A DNA stretch of 64,000 bases from IMG/VR virus record IMGVR_UViG_2627853991_000003, positions 70 through 64,069 of that record; one strand, 5' to 3'. The notes beneath the pieces are model-generated. The model worked only from the letters and a program-made list of their open reading frames with translations. It ran no database searches and was not told where the DNA came from. This document shows, one piece after another, positions 35,154 through 43,649 of the stretch (within the stretch, counting starts at the first letter, position 1; every line of letters begins with the position of its first letter). Position numbers and translations under genes: made by a program. The stretch comes from a virus.

Positions 35154-35645
35154 TCATTTGCCGAGCAGCTTCGCGAAAGGGTTGTCCGTTGTTTTCGGCT
35201 TTGCGCCGACCAGGCGCTGCCGGCTCGCCGGGTCGAGCCCCAGCATTGCGCCGAAACTCGCCATTTGCGCCGCCGCTTCCTTCACAACGGTCGCAGCTGG
35301 ATTCTTCATCGGACTGCCTTGCGAGCTGTCGACGACAGGGCCGTTGCGAGTCAAATCGTCCTGGGCGGTCCTCCAGTTGCCGTAGGCCGCACAGAAGATT
35401 TCTACAATGTGCAGGTCGGTCACTTGCAAGATGTTTTGTCCACAAAGCAGCGGCACAACGCGCTCCCACATGCCCCGCGCCTCGCCGACAATCCAGTCCG
35501 GCGGCTCGATGTTCGTGACCAAGCCGAAGTCTGGCTCGTCCTTATTCAGCGCGCGTTTACCGGGATTTCCCGCAGCGATTTTCCGTGCCGTCGGCTTGGG
35601 TTTTCTGCCCCGGCCCGGCACTGTCGCGATACCTCCCACTGGCAA
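35154..35645 (-). CDS. Terminase small subunit (P27 family)
   Basis: MPVGGIATVPGRGRKPKPTARKIAAGNPGKRALN... is the typical P27-family terS N-terminus. Confidence 0.8.
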   Translation of the reverse strand: MPVGGIATVPGRGRKPKPTARKIAAGNPGKRALNKDEPDFGLVTNIEPPDWIVGEARGMWERVVPLLCGQNILQVTDLHIVEIFCAAYGNWRTAQDDLTRNGPVVDSSQGSPMKNPAATVVKEAAAQMASFGAMLGLDPASRQRLVGAKPKTTDNPFAKLLGK

Positions 35646-35786
35646 ACTCCTGAATTTTTAATTTCGCGGGCGTGAAAATTTGACGAAGCGGGCGGTCCCG
35701 AAGGCAGCGCCTTCCAGACTTTTTCTCCCCCCCTCCCCACCCGGCGCATCCGCCGGGCGGGCAACGACGGGCGGGCCACCACCACG
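35646..35786. other. Candidate cos/packaging-site region between HNH and terS
   Basis: A non-coding GC-rich 140 bp at the HK97-style HNH-cos-terS position. It contains CGAAGCGGGCGG and CCGGGCGGGCAACGACGGGCGGGCC. Confidence 0.3.
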
Positions 35787-36143
35787 TCACCGCAACCGCT
35801 CGCGCGCCGTCTTCGCCGCGTGACAGTCACGGCAGATCGCTTGCAGGTTCTCGTCGTGGTCGGTGCCACCCCGCGCCTTCGAAATAACGTGGTCAACCGC
35901 AGTGGCGACAGTCACGCGCCCTGCTTGCAAACAGGGCTGACAGAGGCCGCTGTCGCGGCGCAAGATGCGCTGCCTGATCTTGTCCCACGCGGTTCCGTAT
36001 CCTCGCGCATGACGATTGCCGCGCACCGCGTCGGACTTCCACTTGACGGCCTCGTGCGCATGTTGATCGCAGTGCGACTTACCATCCGCGACGAGCGCAC
36101 CGCACCCCCGGTGCTTGCACGGCTTCATCGGGCGTCGTGCCAT
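35787..36143 (-). CDS. Phage HNH endonuclease (terminase-associated)
   Basis: CKHRGCG...H..H...W...HARGYG...CQPC...DH...NLQAICRDCHAAK, the HNH/zinc-finger pattern. Adjacent to terS. Confidence 0.85.
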   Translation of the reverse strand: MARRPMKPCKHRGCGALVADGKSHCDQHAHEAVKWKSDAVRGNRHARGYGTAWDKIRQRILRRDSGLCQPCLQAGRVTVATAVDHVISKARGGTDHDENLQAICRDCHAAKTARERLR

Positions 36144-36195
36144 CTCTACAAATCTGCTAACATTGTTTGCATATTTGTTAGCAATGTGCTAACAT
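36144..36195. promoter_or_regulatory. Promoter/operator of the RelE-type TA operon with an inverted repeat TGCTAACA ... TGTTAGCA
   Basis: CTGCTAACATTGTTTGCATATTTGTTAGCAATGTGCTAACATG, immediately upstream of the toxin start. Confidence 0.45.
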
Positions 36196-36459
36196 GTGTT
36201 CATGCACTCAATCGAATTCACCAAACAAGCCGCCCAAGCCCTCAAGGCAATGCCGCGCAACATTTCGGCGACGATTCGGGCAAAGATCGATGCACTGGCA
36301 GTTGACCCCTACGCACCGAATCCGAACGCGAAAAAGTTGGCGGGCCAGCCCGGCTACCGGCTCCGAGTTGGCGATTGGCGTGTGTTGTACGAAATCGAAG
36401 ATGGCCGCGTCGTGATCGTTGTGCTGGCCGTCAAACCCCGTGGAGGTGCCTACAAATGA
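36196..36459 (+). CDS. RelE/ParE-family type II toxin
   Basis: ...LAGQPGYRLRVGDWRVLYEIEDGRVVIVVLAVKPRGGAY is the RelE/StbE signature. Confidence 0.8.
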   Translation: MFMHSIEFTKQAAQALKAMPRNISATIRAKIDALAVDPYAPNPNAKKLAGQPGYRLRVGDWRVLYEIEDGRVVIVVLAVKPRGGAYK

Positions 36460-36842
36460 CCGAAGTCCAATTTATCGAGCAGGACGGCCACCGGGCCTTT
36501 GCCGTGGTCCCCATCGAACTGTGGGACCGCGTGAAGGACCTGATCGAAGACCTCGAAGATGAAGCGCTCTACGCGCAAGCCAAGGCAAGCGACGATGGCC
36601 GCCGCATCCCGGCCGCTGTGCTCGATGCTGAACTGGCGGGCGATCACCCTGTTCGAGCTTGGCGCAATCATCTGCGCATGACGCAAGATGCGCTCGCCGC
36701 AGCAGCCGGCATCAGCAAACCGTATCTCAGCCAAATCGAAACCCGGCAGCGCGTCGGTACTACCGACGTGCTGTCTAAGATCGCCAGCGCACTTGCCGTG
36801 CCCGTCGACGACTTGATCGAGCCGCCGCCCGCACAGTCGTAA
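36456..36842 (+). CDS. Cognate antitoxin with a C-terminal XRE-type HTH (HigA-like); ATGA overlap with the toxin
   Basis: C-terminal HLRMTQDALAAAAGISKPYLSQIETRQRVGTTDVLSKIASAL is an HTH_XRE. Downstream of the toxin (toxin-first order). Confidence 0.7.
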   Translation: MTEVQFIEQDGHRAFAVVPIELWDRVKDLIEDLEDEALYAQAKASDDGRRIPAAVLDAELAGDHPVRAWRNHLRMTQDALAAAAGISKPYLSQIETRQRVGTTDVLSKIASALAVPVDDLIEPPPAQS

Positions 36843-36971
36843 CGCAATGTCGCTCGTCTCGTCGGTCTACGTAATGCAGTCGCATGAACGCGATGACCGC
36901 CACAGCCGCCCGCACCCAGTGCGGACGACGGCGAAACATCAGAACAGCCATATCAGCTCCGGGCGCGGAAA

Positions 36972-37009
36972 CGAAAAAGCCCGCGAGGCTTTCACCTTGC
37001 GGGCTTTGG
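36972..37009 (-). terminator. Intrinsic terminator on the minus strand (copy of 1576-1612)
   Basis: GCCCGCAAGG-ugaaag-CCUCGCGGGC followed by UUUUUCG. Confidence 0.55.
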
Positions 37010-37127
37010 TCGAGCGGCCGGTGCTGATCTCCGGCATGGACTCATGTCGATTTCAGGGGCTCGTGGGTCCGTGACGCCCTCGTAGCGCATCAGCCTGCGC
37101 ATTCGCTCGACGAAACATTGTACAGCG

Positions 37128-37215
37128 TGGCGTCACAGTGAGATTCGAATTCACGGGCAACCCAGTATTAGTTTGCAGAACCATCGGACTGCTCTATCCG
37201 TGTCGACCTTGAACC
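37128..37215 (-). other. tRNA-like element (T-arm plus acceptor 3' strand), second copy; lies between two terminators downstream of the Q-region
   Basis: ...CCCGTGAATTCGAATCTCACTGTGACGCCA. It has 9 substitutions relative to copy 1734-1820 but the TTCGAAT loop and flanking stem are preserved. Confidence 0.4.
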
Positions 37216-37230
37216 TCTCAGTCACGCGAC

Positions 37231-37270
37231 AAAGAAAAAGCCCGCACAGCAAACTGAGCGGGCTTACTTT
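37231..37270. terminator. Bidirectional hairpin terminator (intact site; the same site is split by ISL3 in copy 1)
   Basis: AAAGAAAAAGCCCGC-acagcaaactga-GCGGGCTTACTTTGGG. A small hairpin GGGCGC-acctc-GCGCCC follows. Confidence 0.45.
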
Positions 37271-37371
37271 GGGCGCACCTCGCGCCCGACATCGTCAATA
37301 TAGCGAAACGCAGCGCGGTTTACAACCCCCTTTTTTATGACTCGGGGCCGGGGAGCAATGGAACAGGAAAG

Positions 37372-38070
37372 TCAGTTAAGCCCGGTAAGCTCGTCCAACG
37401 CACTTCGAGGGACCGCGGGGATTGATAGGAGTCCGCTGTCGGATTCAGGCCGGATCAGGCCAAGCAGCTCGCCCGGTGCCGTAAATACGTTGGTTGGATT
37501 CGTTCGCAGCAGTGCTCCGATGTCTGTATATCCCCACGCCACGGCACCGAACGAAACGCCTACTTGCTCGGCGGCTTGAGCATCCCGAATCTCGTCGCCG
37601 ACATAAATCGCCTCTGACTTGTCCGTACGTGTCTTTTTTAGGATGCGGCGCAAACGATGCGACTTTCCGAACATGGTCGAACCACACTCCAGTACTGCGA
37701 AGCGGTTGATCAATGACCCGCCCAACACTGCTGTCACATTGTCAATTGAGTTCGACGTGGCAACGGCCAGTTCAGCATATCCTTGCATCGCATGCAGGAC
37801 ATTGACAATGCCTGCAAACGGGTGAATTTCGTCGATCCGCTGGCGCATGATTCTTCGAAAATCGGAAAGTACCATCGGCACCTTCCATAGCGGTATCTGT
37901 AGTTCCCTGATCACTTCGGTTGCGCTCATGCCTCGCAGCTTATGCTGTTCGTCGAAGGCAACCTGCCGGAACCCGTGCCTGATCGCTAGCGAGTTGAGCG
38001 AATCTGCGAACACTGGATAGGTATCGGCGATTGTTCCATCGAAATCGAAAATCACAAGTTTGATCGTCAT
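37372..38070 (-). CDS. HAD-superfamily hydrolase (subfamily IA, phosphatase-like)
   Basis: Motif I VIFDFDGTIADT. Motif III and IV in ...KSEAIYVGDEIRDAQAA. The stop lies at the inner edge of the left inverted repeat. Confidence 0.75.
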   Translation of the reverse strand: MTIKLVIFDFDGTIADTYPVFADSLNSLAIRHGFRQVAFDEQHKLRGMSATEVIRELQIPLWKVPMVLSDFRRIMRQRIDEIHPFAGIVNVLHAMQGYAELAVATSNSIDNVTAVLGGSLINRFAVLECGSTMFGKSHRLRRILKKTRTDKSEAIYVGDEIRDAQAAEQVGVSFGAVAWGYTDIGALLRTNPTNVFTAPGELLGLIRPESDSGLLSIPAVPRSALDELTGLN

Positions 38071-38167
38071 GAATCTTTCCGGGTTGCGGTTGTAACGCGC
38101 CCTACACGGCGTTTCTCAGGCGTGGGAGTGAGGGCAGCTAAGCCGGTAAGCATCGCCCAATGCGACC

Positions 38168-38653
38168 TCATAGATCGTTTCCTGTAGTCAAAGGGAGCAG
38201 CTCTCCGCGCTTAACGGGCTCGGGCATCGAGAACGAATAGCGCCCGAGCATATTGATGTGCTCGTGACCGAACGGCGACAGCCGCGTCTCGTCCTCGAGC
38301 TGAACTTTGTTGCCATAACGCTCGCGAATCTCCGGGGTGTGCGGCCAGCGTTGTCGCGTGGCACGGTAGGCAATGATGCACTCGTCTGGATCGGCTACGT
38401 TGAGCTGCGATGAAAGTGTTTGGAGAACCGTGGTGGGTACCGCCGTCGGGTCTTCCAGAAACGCACCCAGGAAACGTACGGTCGTCAGTTGCAGCGCATA
38501 ACCTAGGCGATCGCTGTCACGCCGCTTGGTGGCGATCCACTCGTGGTCGTCGTCATGGAGACGGAAATACCGCGCCAGTTCATCGGGGGAACGCGACTCA
38601 GGATATCGGCTGTAGCGTTCCGGTTGTGCGGTGGACAGAAAGCTGACCGGCAT
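38168..38653 (-). pseudogene. Tn3-family transposase TnpA, N-terminal 161-aa fragment only (DUF4158 region)
   Basis: ...RYFRLHDDDHEWIATKRRDSDRLGYALQLTTVRFLGAFLEDP is the TnpA N-terminal domain. Full-length TnpA is about 1000 aa. Confidence 0.6.
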
Positions 38654-38867
38654 GGCGTCAATCTGCTTCGATGCAGAAGGTGGCGAAATCCCGATCCATT
38701 GAAGTCATTCCGGTTTGAACAAGAGGTTCTGTCCGTAAGGTAAGAGGATCGTTCAACGGACGCCTGCACAAAGCGCCACGGCTCGATACAAACCAAGCCT
38801 GTCGACGTCTCATTAAGGTGATACGCTAGGTTTATCGATCAACGCCCCCTTATCGTACACTATCCGC

Positions 38868-39449
38868 ATGGCCAGAGCCCTGATCGGCTACGCCCGCTGT
38901 TCGACGGACAAAACAGGACCTGGGCGCCCAGAAAAAGTGCTCGCCGAACTTGGTGTATCGCCGGATCGGGTCTACACAGATCACGGACTGACCGGCGCTC
39001 ATCAATCGCGACCGGGATTGGACCAGGCGCTAGCTGTCGTGCTTCGCGGCGATACGCTGGTCGTACCGAAGCTCGATCGCCTAGCCCGATCGGTTCCAGA
39101 TGCGCGCGACATCGCCGACTCGCTGGTCGCGCGCGGGGTGAAGCTCGCCATCGGTTCGAGCATGTACGATCCGGCCGACCCGATGGGCAAAATGTTCTTC
39201 AACGTGCTCGCCACCTTCGCGGAGTTCGAAGCAGACCTGATACGTCTGCGCACCCGAGAGGGTATTGCTATTGCACGAGCAAAAGGCAGGTTGCGGGGCA
39301 AGCGGCCCCAACTTTCTGTCAAACAGCAAAAGGAGTTGCGTCGGATGTATGACGTTGGCAGCTATTCCATCAGCGACTTGGCCGAACTGTTTTCGGTTTC
39401 CCGTCCAACCGTGTATCGAACCCTCGCTCGTCGGCCGGAAGGGGTATAG
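38868..39449 (+). CDS. tnpR: Serine recombinase/resolvase (TnpR-like)
   Basis: ALIGYARCSTDK has the catalytic Ser. C-terminal HTH SISDLAELFSVSRPTVYRTL. Divergent from the tnpA remnant, with a 215-bp putative res region between them. Confidence 0.8.
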   Translation: MARALIGYARCSTDKTGPGRPEKVLAELGVSPDRVYTDHGLTGAHQSRPGLDQALAVVLRGDTLVVPKLDRLARSVPDARDIADSLVARGVKLAIGSSMYDPADPMGKMFFNVLATFAEFEADLIRLRTREGIAIARAKGRLRGKRPQLSVKQQKELRRMYDVGSYSISDLAELFSVSRPTVYRTLARRPEGV

Positions 39450-39564
39450 CGCGGACTCGATCGGTCACTGCCCTCAAACTTCTACGTCAAGCGCGTTCGC
39501 TGGGCTTAACTGATTTCCCTGTTCCATTGCTCCCCGGCCCCCAAACAACATCCTCGGCCGGCAA

Positions 39565-39849
39565 TCACGCAGGCTGGTGCTCCTTCAGCCACTCGCGCAA
39601 CGCATCGTTCATACGCGTCTGCCAACCTTCGCCCGTCGCTTTGAAGGCGTCGACAATGTCGACGTCATAGCGCACGGTCAATTGCACCTTGGGCGCTTCG
39701 AGCGGCGGACGACCACGCTTGCCTCGCCGCGTCATCTTCGCGAAGTCTTCCGCCGGCACTTCGAACGTGTCGGGATCGGCCGCGATGCCGCGGTTGATTG
39801 CCGCGTCTTCCTCGTCCGTCGGCATGACGATCTTACGCTTGCTCGACAT
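39565..39849 (-). CDS. brnA: BrnA antitoxin, copy 2
   Basis: Same signature as 3273..3557. REWLKEHQPA C-terminus. Confidence 0.85.
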   Translation of the reverse strand: MSSKRKIVMPTDEEDAAINRGIAADPDTFEVPAEDFAKMTRRGKRGRPPLEAPKVQLTVRYDVDIVDAFKATGEGWQTRMNDALREWLKEHQPA

Positions 39850-40102
39850 AGCTCTTGACCTCCCGCTTGTTCGCCTTACGCATGCTGATGATGTGCATCG
39901 AGTCGCCGCGCTGCGTGAACACCACGCAATAGAGGCGATCGCCGATCACACCGAACCCGACTTCGCGCACTTCACTGTAGTCGCGTCGGTCGTCCACGTA
40001 GGACAACACGTCCGACCAGTCGAGTTGCGCTGCAAGCGCCAACGACACTCCATGCTTGGCAATGTTCGTTTCGTTCTTGGTCGGGTCAAAGGTGATGTCC
40101 AT
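39833..40102 (-). CDS. brnT: BrnT toxin (DUF497 ribonuclease), intact
   Basis: MDITFDPTKNETNIAKHGVS...GDRLYCVVFTQRGDSMHIISMRKANKREVKSY is the canonical BrnT. Upstream of and overlapping brnA. Confidence 0.85.
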   Translation of the reverse strand: MDITFDPTKNETNIAKHGVSLALAAQLDWSDVLSYVDDRRDYSEVREVGFGVIGDRLYCVVFTQRGDSMHIISMRKANKREVKSYVEQA

Positions 40103-40151
40103 GCAAATTATTGTAGCTACGATAAATGTTGAATGCAAGGGATATTTGTAG

Positions 40152-40595
40152 CTACAGTAATTCGGGACACTTCAGCAGGCTGCGACGTTTCAGCGGCCCA
40201 AGAATCGACCGCTTCGCCTGCTGATACGTCGCGTGTGCGTCCGGAAAGGCGAACCCGCGAGGATTGGACCAGACGCGAGCGCCGCATGCTCGGTTCATCT
40301 CGCTAACGCGCTTCGCCTTCATGTGCTGCTGGATCGCGGCACGCTCCTGCCACGCCAACGCATCGACGCAGACGTCAACCAGTTCCGCGCGCCGCCTTGC
40401 CGCCTTCCGATTGGCCTTCTCTGCGCGTTCCTCCGCCGTTTCGGTCCGGTCGTCTTCGGCGAAGCCTCGGCACGTGGCGGCGACCCTTCCATGTCCGAGG
40501 TTCGGCGTGTATCCCGATTGCCAGTCGTACCACTCGTCGAGCAGTTCCTCTATCTGGTTGCTCTCGTCGATCGTCGGTTCGTTTTGCTCGTTCAT
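40152..40595 (-). CDS. Phage protein at the lambda-Q-equivalent position (147 aa), function unassigned
   Basis: It is the last gene of the nin-like block before the late-operon terminators. Basic C-terminus ...ILGPLKRRSLLKCPELL. No confident family match. Confidence 0.4.
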   Translation of the reverse strand: MNEQNEPTIDESNQIEELLDEWYDWQSGYTPNLGHGRVAATCRGFAEDDRTETAEERAEKANRKAARRRAELVDVCVDALAWQERAAIQQHMKAKRVSEMNRACGARVWSNPRGFAFPDAHATYQQAKRSILGPLKRRSLLKCPELL

Positions 40596-40852
40596 GGCAG
40601 GACTCGAAACGGGATTCCCCAGTACATCAGCCAGTTAATCAGGACAGTGCGTATCTCCTCGCTGCGCGGAAACCGCATCTCGATTTGGCCGCCCTTGAGT
40701 TCGACGCCTTCGAGCGGGCAGCCCGGAAACGCAATGACGCGGCGACCCGTACTTGCTTCGTTGCGACGCACCGCCATCTTTGCCACGGGCTCCGCAATCT
40801 CGCCCTGGTCGAAGTAGAGATAGGCGCTCACGACATCCCCCGCACGTCCCAT
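40592..40852 (-). CDS. Hypothetical phage protein (86 aa)
   Basis: ORF in the nin-like block, overlapping its neighbours. Confidence 0.3.
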   Translation of the reverse strand: MGRAGDVVSAYLYFDQGEIAEPVAKMAVRRNEASTGRRVIAFPGCPLEGVELKGGQIEMRFPRSEEIRTVLINWLMYWGIPFRVLP

Positions 40853-41211
40853 GCGCTATCTCCGCTCTCGATGAATGCGCCGAGCACGCCCGAATGCCTA
40901 TTGCGATGCACGTATGCCTTCGTCCGGAAAACGCCCAGCTCCACCCAACGGCCATCGCACTCCGGGATGCGCGATCGGTGCATTTCGGGAATAAACGCAT
41001 CCACCTCGACGGCCGCGACCAACTGGCGCTTAACGGTGGCGATTCGAGCGATTCGAAATACTGTCGCGTCGATCTCGCGCTTCCGCTCACAGACGATAAT
41101 TCCGCCACGTCCGCGATGTCTCGGCACGCTATACGAACCGTCCGGAATCTCAACCCACATCCTCACTGGCAATTTGCTTCTCCCATCTTTCGAGCCCGTA
41201 CCGGCTCCCAT
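40828..41211 (-). CDS. Hypothetical phage protein (start uncertain)
   Basis: ORF in the nin-like block. A possible internal start at MWVEIPDGS. Confidence 0.3.
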   Translation of the reverse strand: MGAGTGSKDGRSKLPVRMWVEIPDGSYSVPRHRGRGGIIVCERKREIDATVFRIARIATVKRQLVAAVEVDAFIPEMHRSRIPECDGRWVELGVFRTKAYVHRNRHSGVLGAFIESGDSAWDVRGMS

Positions 41212-41588
41212 TCCTCATATGCCCGATCCCGCACATCGAACTTGGCCTGCTTCGGCGTGCCGACCCGGTTCTGATCGATCCACGCGTGACACGCGACGCA
41301 ACCGGGAACCGTAAATTCGTTTCTCGCCTTCATCGCCCCGGCCTTCCCGTGGCGCGATTGGTTCGAGTGGCACGGCACAACGGTTTCGTCGAGCGGGTTA
41401 AGACGGCACACACCCGGCACACGCAGAAAGCACGGTTCGCCGCGGCACGCCGCCAAATACTTCGAACCCTCAGCGACGGTCGGCCGCTTGATCCGCTTCA
41501 CGATCGCCTTCTGACGCTTCAGCGTCGCCGTTCGCGTCAGGCTGCTGAACGGCGAATGCGGCTTTCGTTTGAATCCCGTTCGCTTCAT
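41163..41588 (-). CDS. YbcO-like (DUF1364) putative nuclease
   Basis: CRGEPCFLRVPGVCRLNPLDETVVPCH parallels E. coli YbcO CQVRIPGVCNGNPETSVLAH. Cys/His-rich. Confidence 0.6.
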   Translation of the reverse strand: MKRTGFKRKPHSPFSSLTRTATLKRQKAIVKRIKRPTVAEGSKYLAACRGEPCFLRVPGVCRLNPLDETVVPCHSNQSRHGKAGAMKARNEFTVPGCVACHAWIDQNRVGTPKQAKFDVRDRAYEEWEPVRARKMGEANCQ

Positions 41589-41959
41589 TGGCGCCGATCG
41601 CGTTGCGCAACGACTGCGCAGGAACGAATCATCCGGTCCATGGCGAATGCCGCGTGCTCGATCGCCGCGTTACGTTCTCGATGCTGTTCGGCTGCTCGCT
41701 TCAAGAGCCTCTCTTGCGGCGACTCAGTCGGCGGCGGAAGTTCCTTGAGCAAGCAGCGGTACGTCGTGGGGCGCGAGCCTTCGATGCGCTCAACATACTT
41801 CTTGCCGAGAAGGTTTCGTATGCGCCCCTTCACCGTATCAGTCGTCATCGACGCTTCGTATCCGATCTGCTCAATCGTCAGCCCGCGGCGGCCGGCCTTC
41901 CGCTTCAAGCAATCGCAGATCAGCCAGTTCCCCGTGCTCAAGCTCACCGCCTTCTTCAT
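41585..41959 (-). CDS. Hypothetical HTH-containing phage protein (124 aa)
   Basis: ...LTIEQIGYEASMTTDTVKGRIRNL is a helix-turn-helix. Confidence 0.4.
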   Translation of the reverse strand: MKKAVSLSTGNWLICDCLKRKAGRRGLTIEQIGYEASMTTDTVKGRIRNLLGKKYVERIEGSRPTTYRCLLKELPPPTESPQERLLKRAAEQHRERNAAIEHAAFAMDRMIRSCAVVAQRDRRQ

Positions 41960-42507
41960 TCGACCTCCTGAATCGTGATGCCGTGCTCTCGGAGCATCAG
42001 CTTTCGTTTAATGACGTAGTCCTTGTTCTTCCGTGTCACCGCTGATTTCACGTCCTCGACCACAAGCTCACCCACCGAATTGCGATAGGTGAAGTCGGCA
42101 ACGTACTCGACCGCTCGCTCGATCGAACCGTCGGAACGCCGCTGACGCGCGATCAGCTCAAACGCCACTTGACGCCGAAGACCGCTGATCAGCCCGACGT
42201 CTTGTTGCTTGATCAACTCGAACCATCGCGACCGCTCGCGCTTGCTGTCGAACCTGATGCCGTCGTGCTCGCACTTCGTGTTGCGGTACTTCGAGCGCTT
42301 CGCCGTCATTACCGGCGTGAAGAGTGGCCGGTCGAGGTCGCCGGATGCGATTTCGTCGAATTCGGAGTTCGGCTGCTTGCCCGTGCGGCGCGCCAGCTCG
42401 CGCTCGGCGAAGCTGCGACCGATAGTTCGGTCGTCGCGCACGCGTGCCGTGCCAACCATCGCCGTACCCTCGGGAACAACGAGCGGCCATGAAGCGCGCT
42501 TCGTCAC
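41956..42507 (-). CDS. DUF1064-family phage protein
   Basis: AKRSKYRNTKCEHDGIRFDSKRERSRWFELIKQQDVGLISGLRRQVAFEL is the DUF1064 core. Confidence 0.55.
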   Translation of the reverse strand: MTKRASWPLVVPEGTAMVGTARVRDDRTIGRSFAERELARRTGKQPNSEFDEIASGDLDRPLFTPVMTAKRSKYRNTKCEHDGIRFDSKRERSRWFELIKQQDVGLISGLRRQVAFELIARQRRSDGSIERAVEYVADFTYRNSVGELVVEDVKSAVTRKNKDYVIKRKLMLREHGITIQEVE

Positions 42508-43496
42508 GTCGCCTCCTGATCGCGCGGGATGTCGTTGAAGTACCGGTACAACTGCTCGTAGGTCTCATTCCCGAAGCGGGCAGCCTCGCGCAGCATTTCC
42601 TCCATCGCCTCGCCTGGGCCGGCCGCCTTGACGACGCGCGCCTTGAAACGCATGAACACTTCGCCCTCGCGCTGCTCGATGCCGAGTTGCTTACCGCGGT
42701 CAGTGACACCTTGCGCGCTCTTGTGCCAGTCGGAAGGAACGTCCTGCCCGCTCGTCGCCGCGCCGTCCGGCTTTACCGGGAACAGCCCCGTCCAGCCGCG
42801 CAATACCGCTTCGTCGATGCAGTCCGCCGGGGCATGCCCAAGCTCTCTCAGCTTCTCGAGGCGGCGCAGCGACACCTTCGCCGCCGGGCGTGTCCACGGC
42901 GCCGACTTCTCCGCCGCTTTCGCCTCGCGGTGCTCGCACCAGTCGAGCCACGCGTCGACGGGCAACCAGTCGGGCAGCTCGATTGATCGCAGTTCGCCAT
43001 GCAGCGCAACTCGCGGCGCACGCCGCGCGGGTTGATGGTTCTCTGATGGTTCTATGACGGTTCCTGATGATTCGGGTGCAAAAGCTTTGCACCCTTTAGT
43101 GCTGTGATTTGCACCCTTTATGTCGCCAGTTGCACCCTTTACGTCGTCGTTTGCACCCTTTCCATTGGGTGCATTTTTTGCACCCTTTGAACCCGACGAA
43201 ATGGGCGCAAGTTCTGCACCGTTTATCCAGTCCGAATTGATTCGGTATTCGCGCGTATTCCCACGCCCGCCCTTCGACTCGCTCACGAGAATTAGCCAGC
43301 CCGACTGCTGCATCCGGCGAAGCTGGTACTGCACTGCACGCGGCGATTGGCGCGTCTTCGCAGCCAACTTGTCGACGCTCGGATAGATGTGCGTCCCGTC
43401 GTCGTGCGAATGGTCCGCGAGTGCCAGCGCGAGAATCATCTCGCCGCCGCCTTCCGGATAGCGCTCGAACACCGCGTTCATAACCTTGACGCTCAT
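42504..43496 (-). CDS. Replication initiator (lambda O-like) with an N-terminal winged HTH; contains the ori iterons
   Basis: N-terminal MSVKVMNAVFERYPEGGGEMILALALADH...RAVQYQLRRMQQSGWLIL. The internal KGA/KGC repeat region is encoded by the iterons. Confidence 0.6.
   Translation of the reverse strand: MSVKVMNAVFERYPEGGGEMILALALADHSHDDGTHIYPSVDKLAAKTRQSPRAVQYQLRRMQQSGWLILVSESKGGRGNTREYRINSDWINGAELAPISSGSKGAKNAPNGKGANDDVKGATGDIKGANHSTKGCKAFAPESSGTVIEPSENHQPARRAPRVALHGELRSIELPDWLPVDAWLDWCEHREAKAAEKSAPWTRPAAKVSLRRLEKLRELGHAPADCIDEAVLRGWTGLFPVKPDGAATSGQDVPSDWHKSAQGVTDRGKQLGIEQREGEVFMRFKARVVKAAGPGEAMEEMLREAARFGNETYEQLYRYFNDIPRDQEAT
43031..43200. repeat. Origin-of-replication repeats inside the initiator gene: 4x TGATGGTTCT-like 11-mers, then 5 direct TTGCACCCTTT iterons (about 21-bp spacing) plus an inverted pair GGGTGCAAA/TTTGCACCC
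   Basis: GATGGTTCTCTGATGGTTCTATGACGGTTCCTGATGATTCGG. TTGCACCCTT is seen at about 43087, 43109, 43131, 43151 and 43179. Confidence 0.6.
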
Positions 43497-43649
43497 AGGC
43501 TCCTCAGTGCCCGCACGGCAACGCGCCGTCAGCGTCAGTCTTTGCGCCACATGACAGACACGTACGCGTGGCCGCTGCGCGAGCTGTCACCGCAACGGGC
43601 GTCACTTCGCCCGCGCGCGCCGGAACGGGCTCTTTGATGTCGGTCGGAG

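Larger units (their letters stand above)
37344..39541. mobile_element. Tn3-family derivative (about 2.2 kb) bounded by 38-bp inverted repeats. It carries a HAD hydrolase passenger, a truncated tnpA, a res region and tnpR.
   Basis: Inverted repeats GGGGCCGGGGAGCAATGGAACAGG(A/G)AA(G/A)TCAGTTAAGC at 37344-37381 and, inverted, at 39504-39541. GGGG outer and TAAG inner ends as in Tn3/Tn21. No clean 5-bp target-site duplication. Confidence 0.65.

Noticed and set aside
34167-35675. 502-aa plus-strand ORF
   Set aside because: Antisense to terL and terS.
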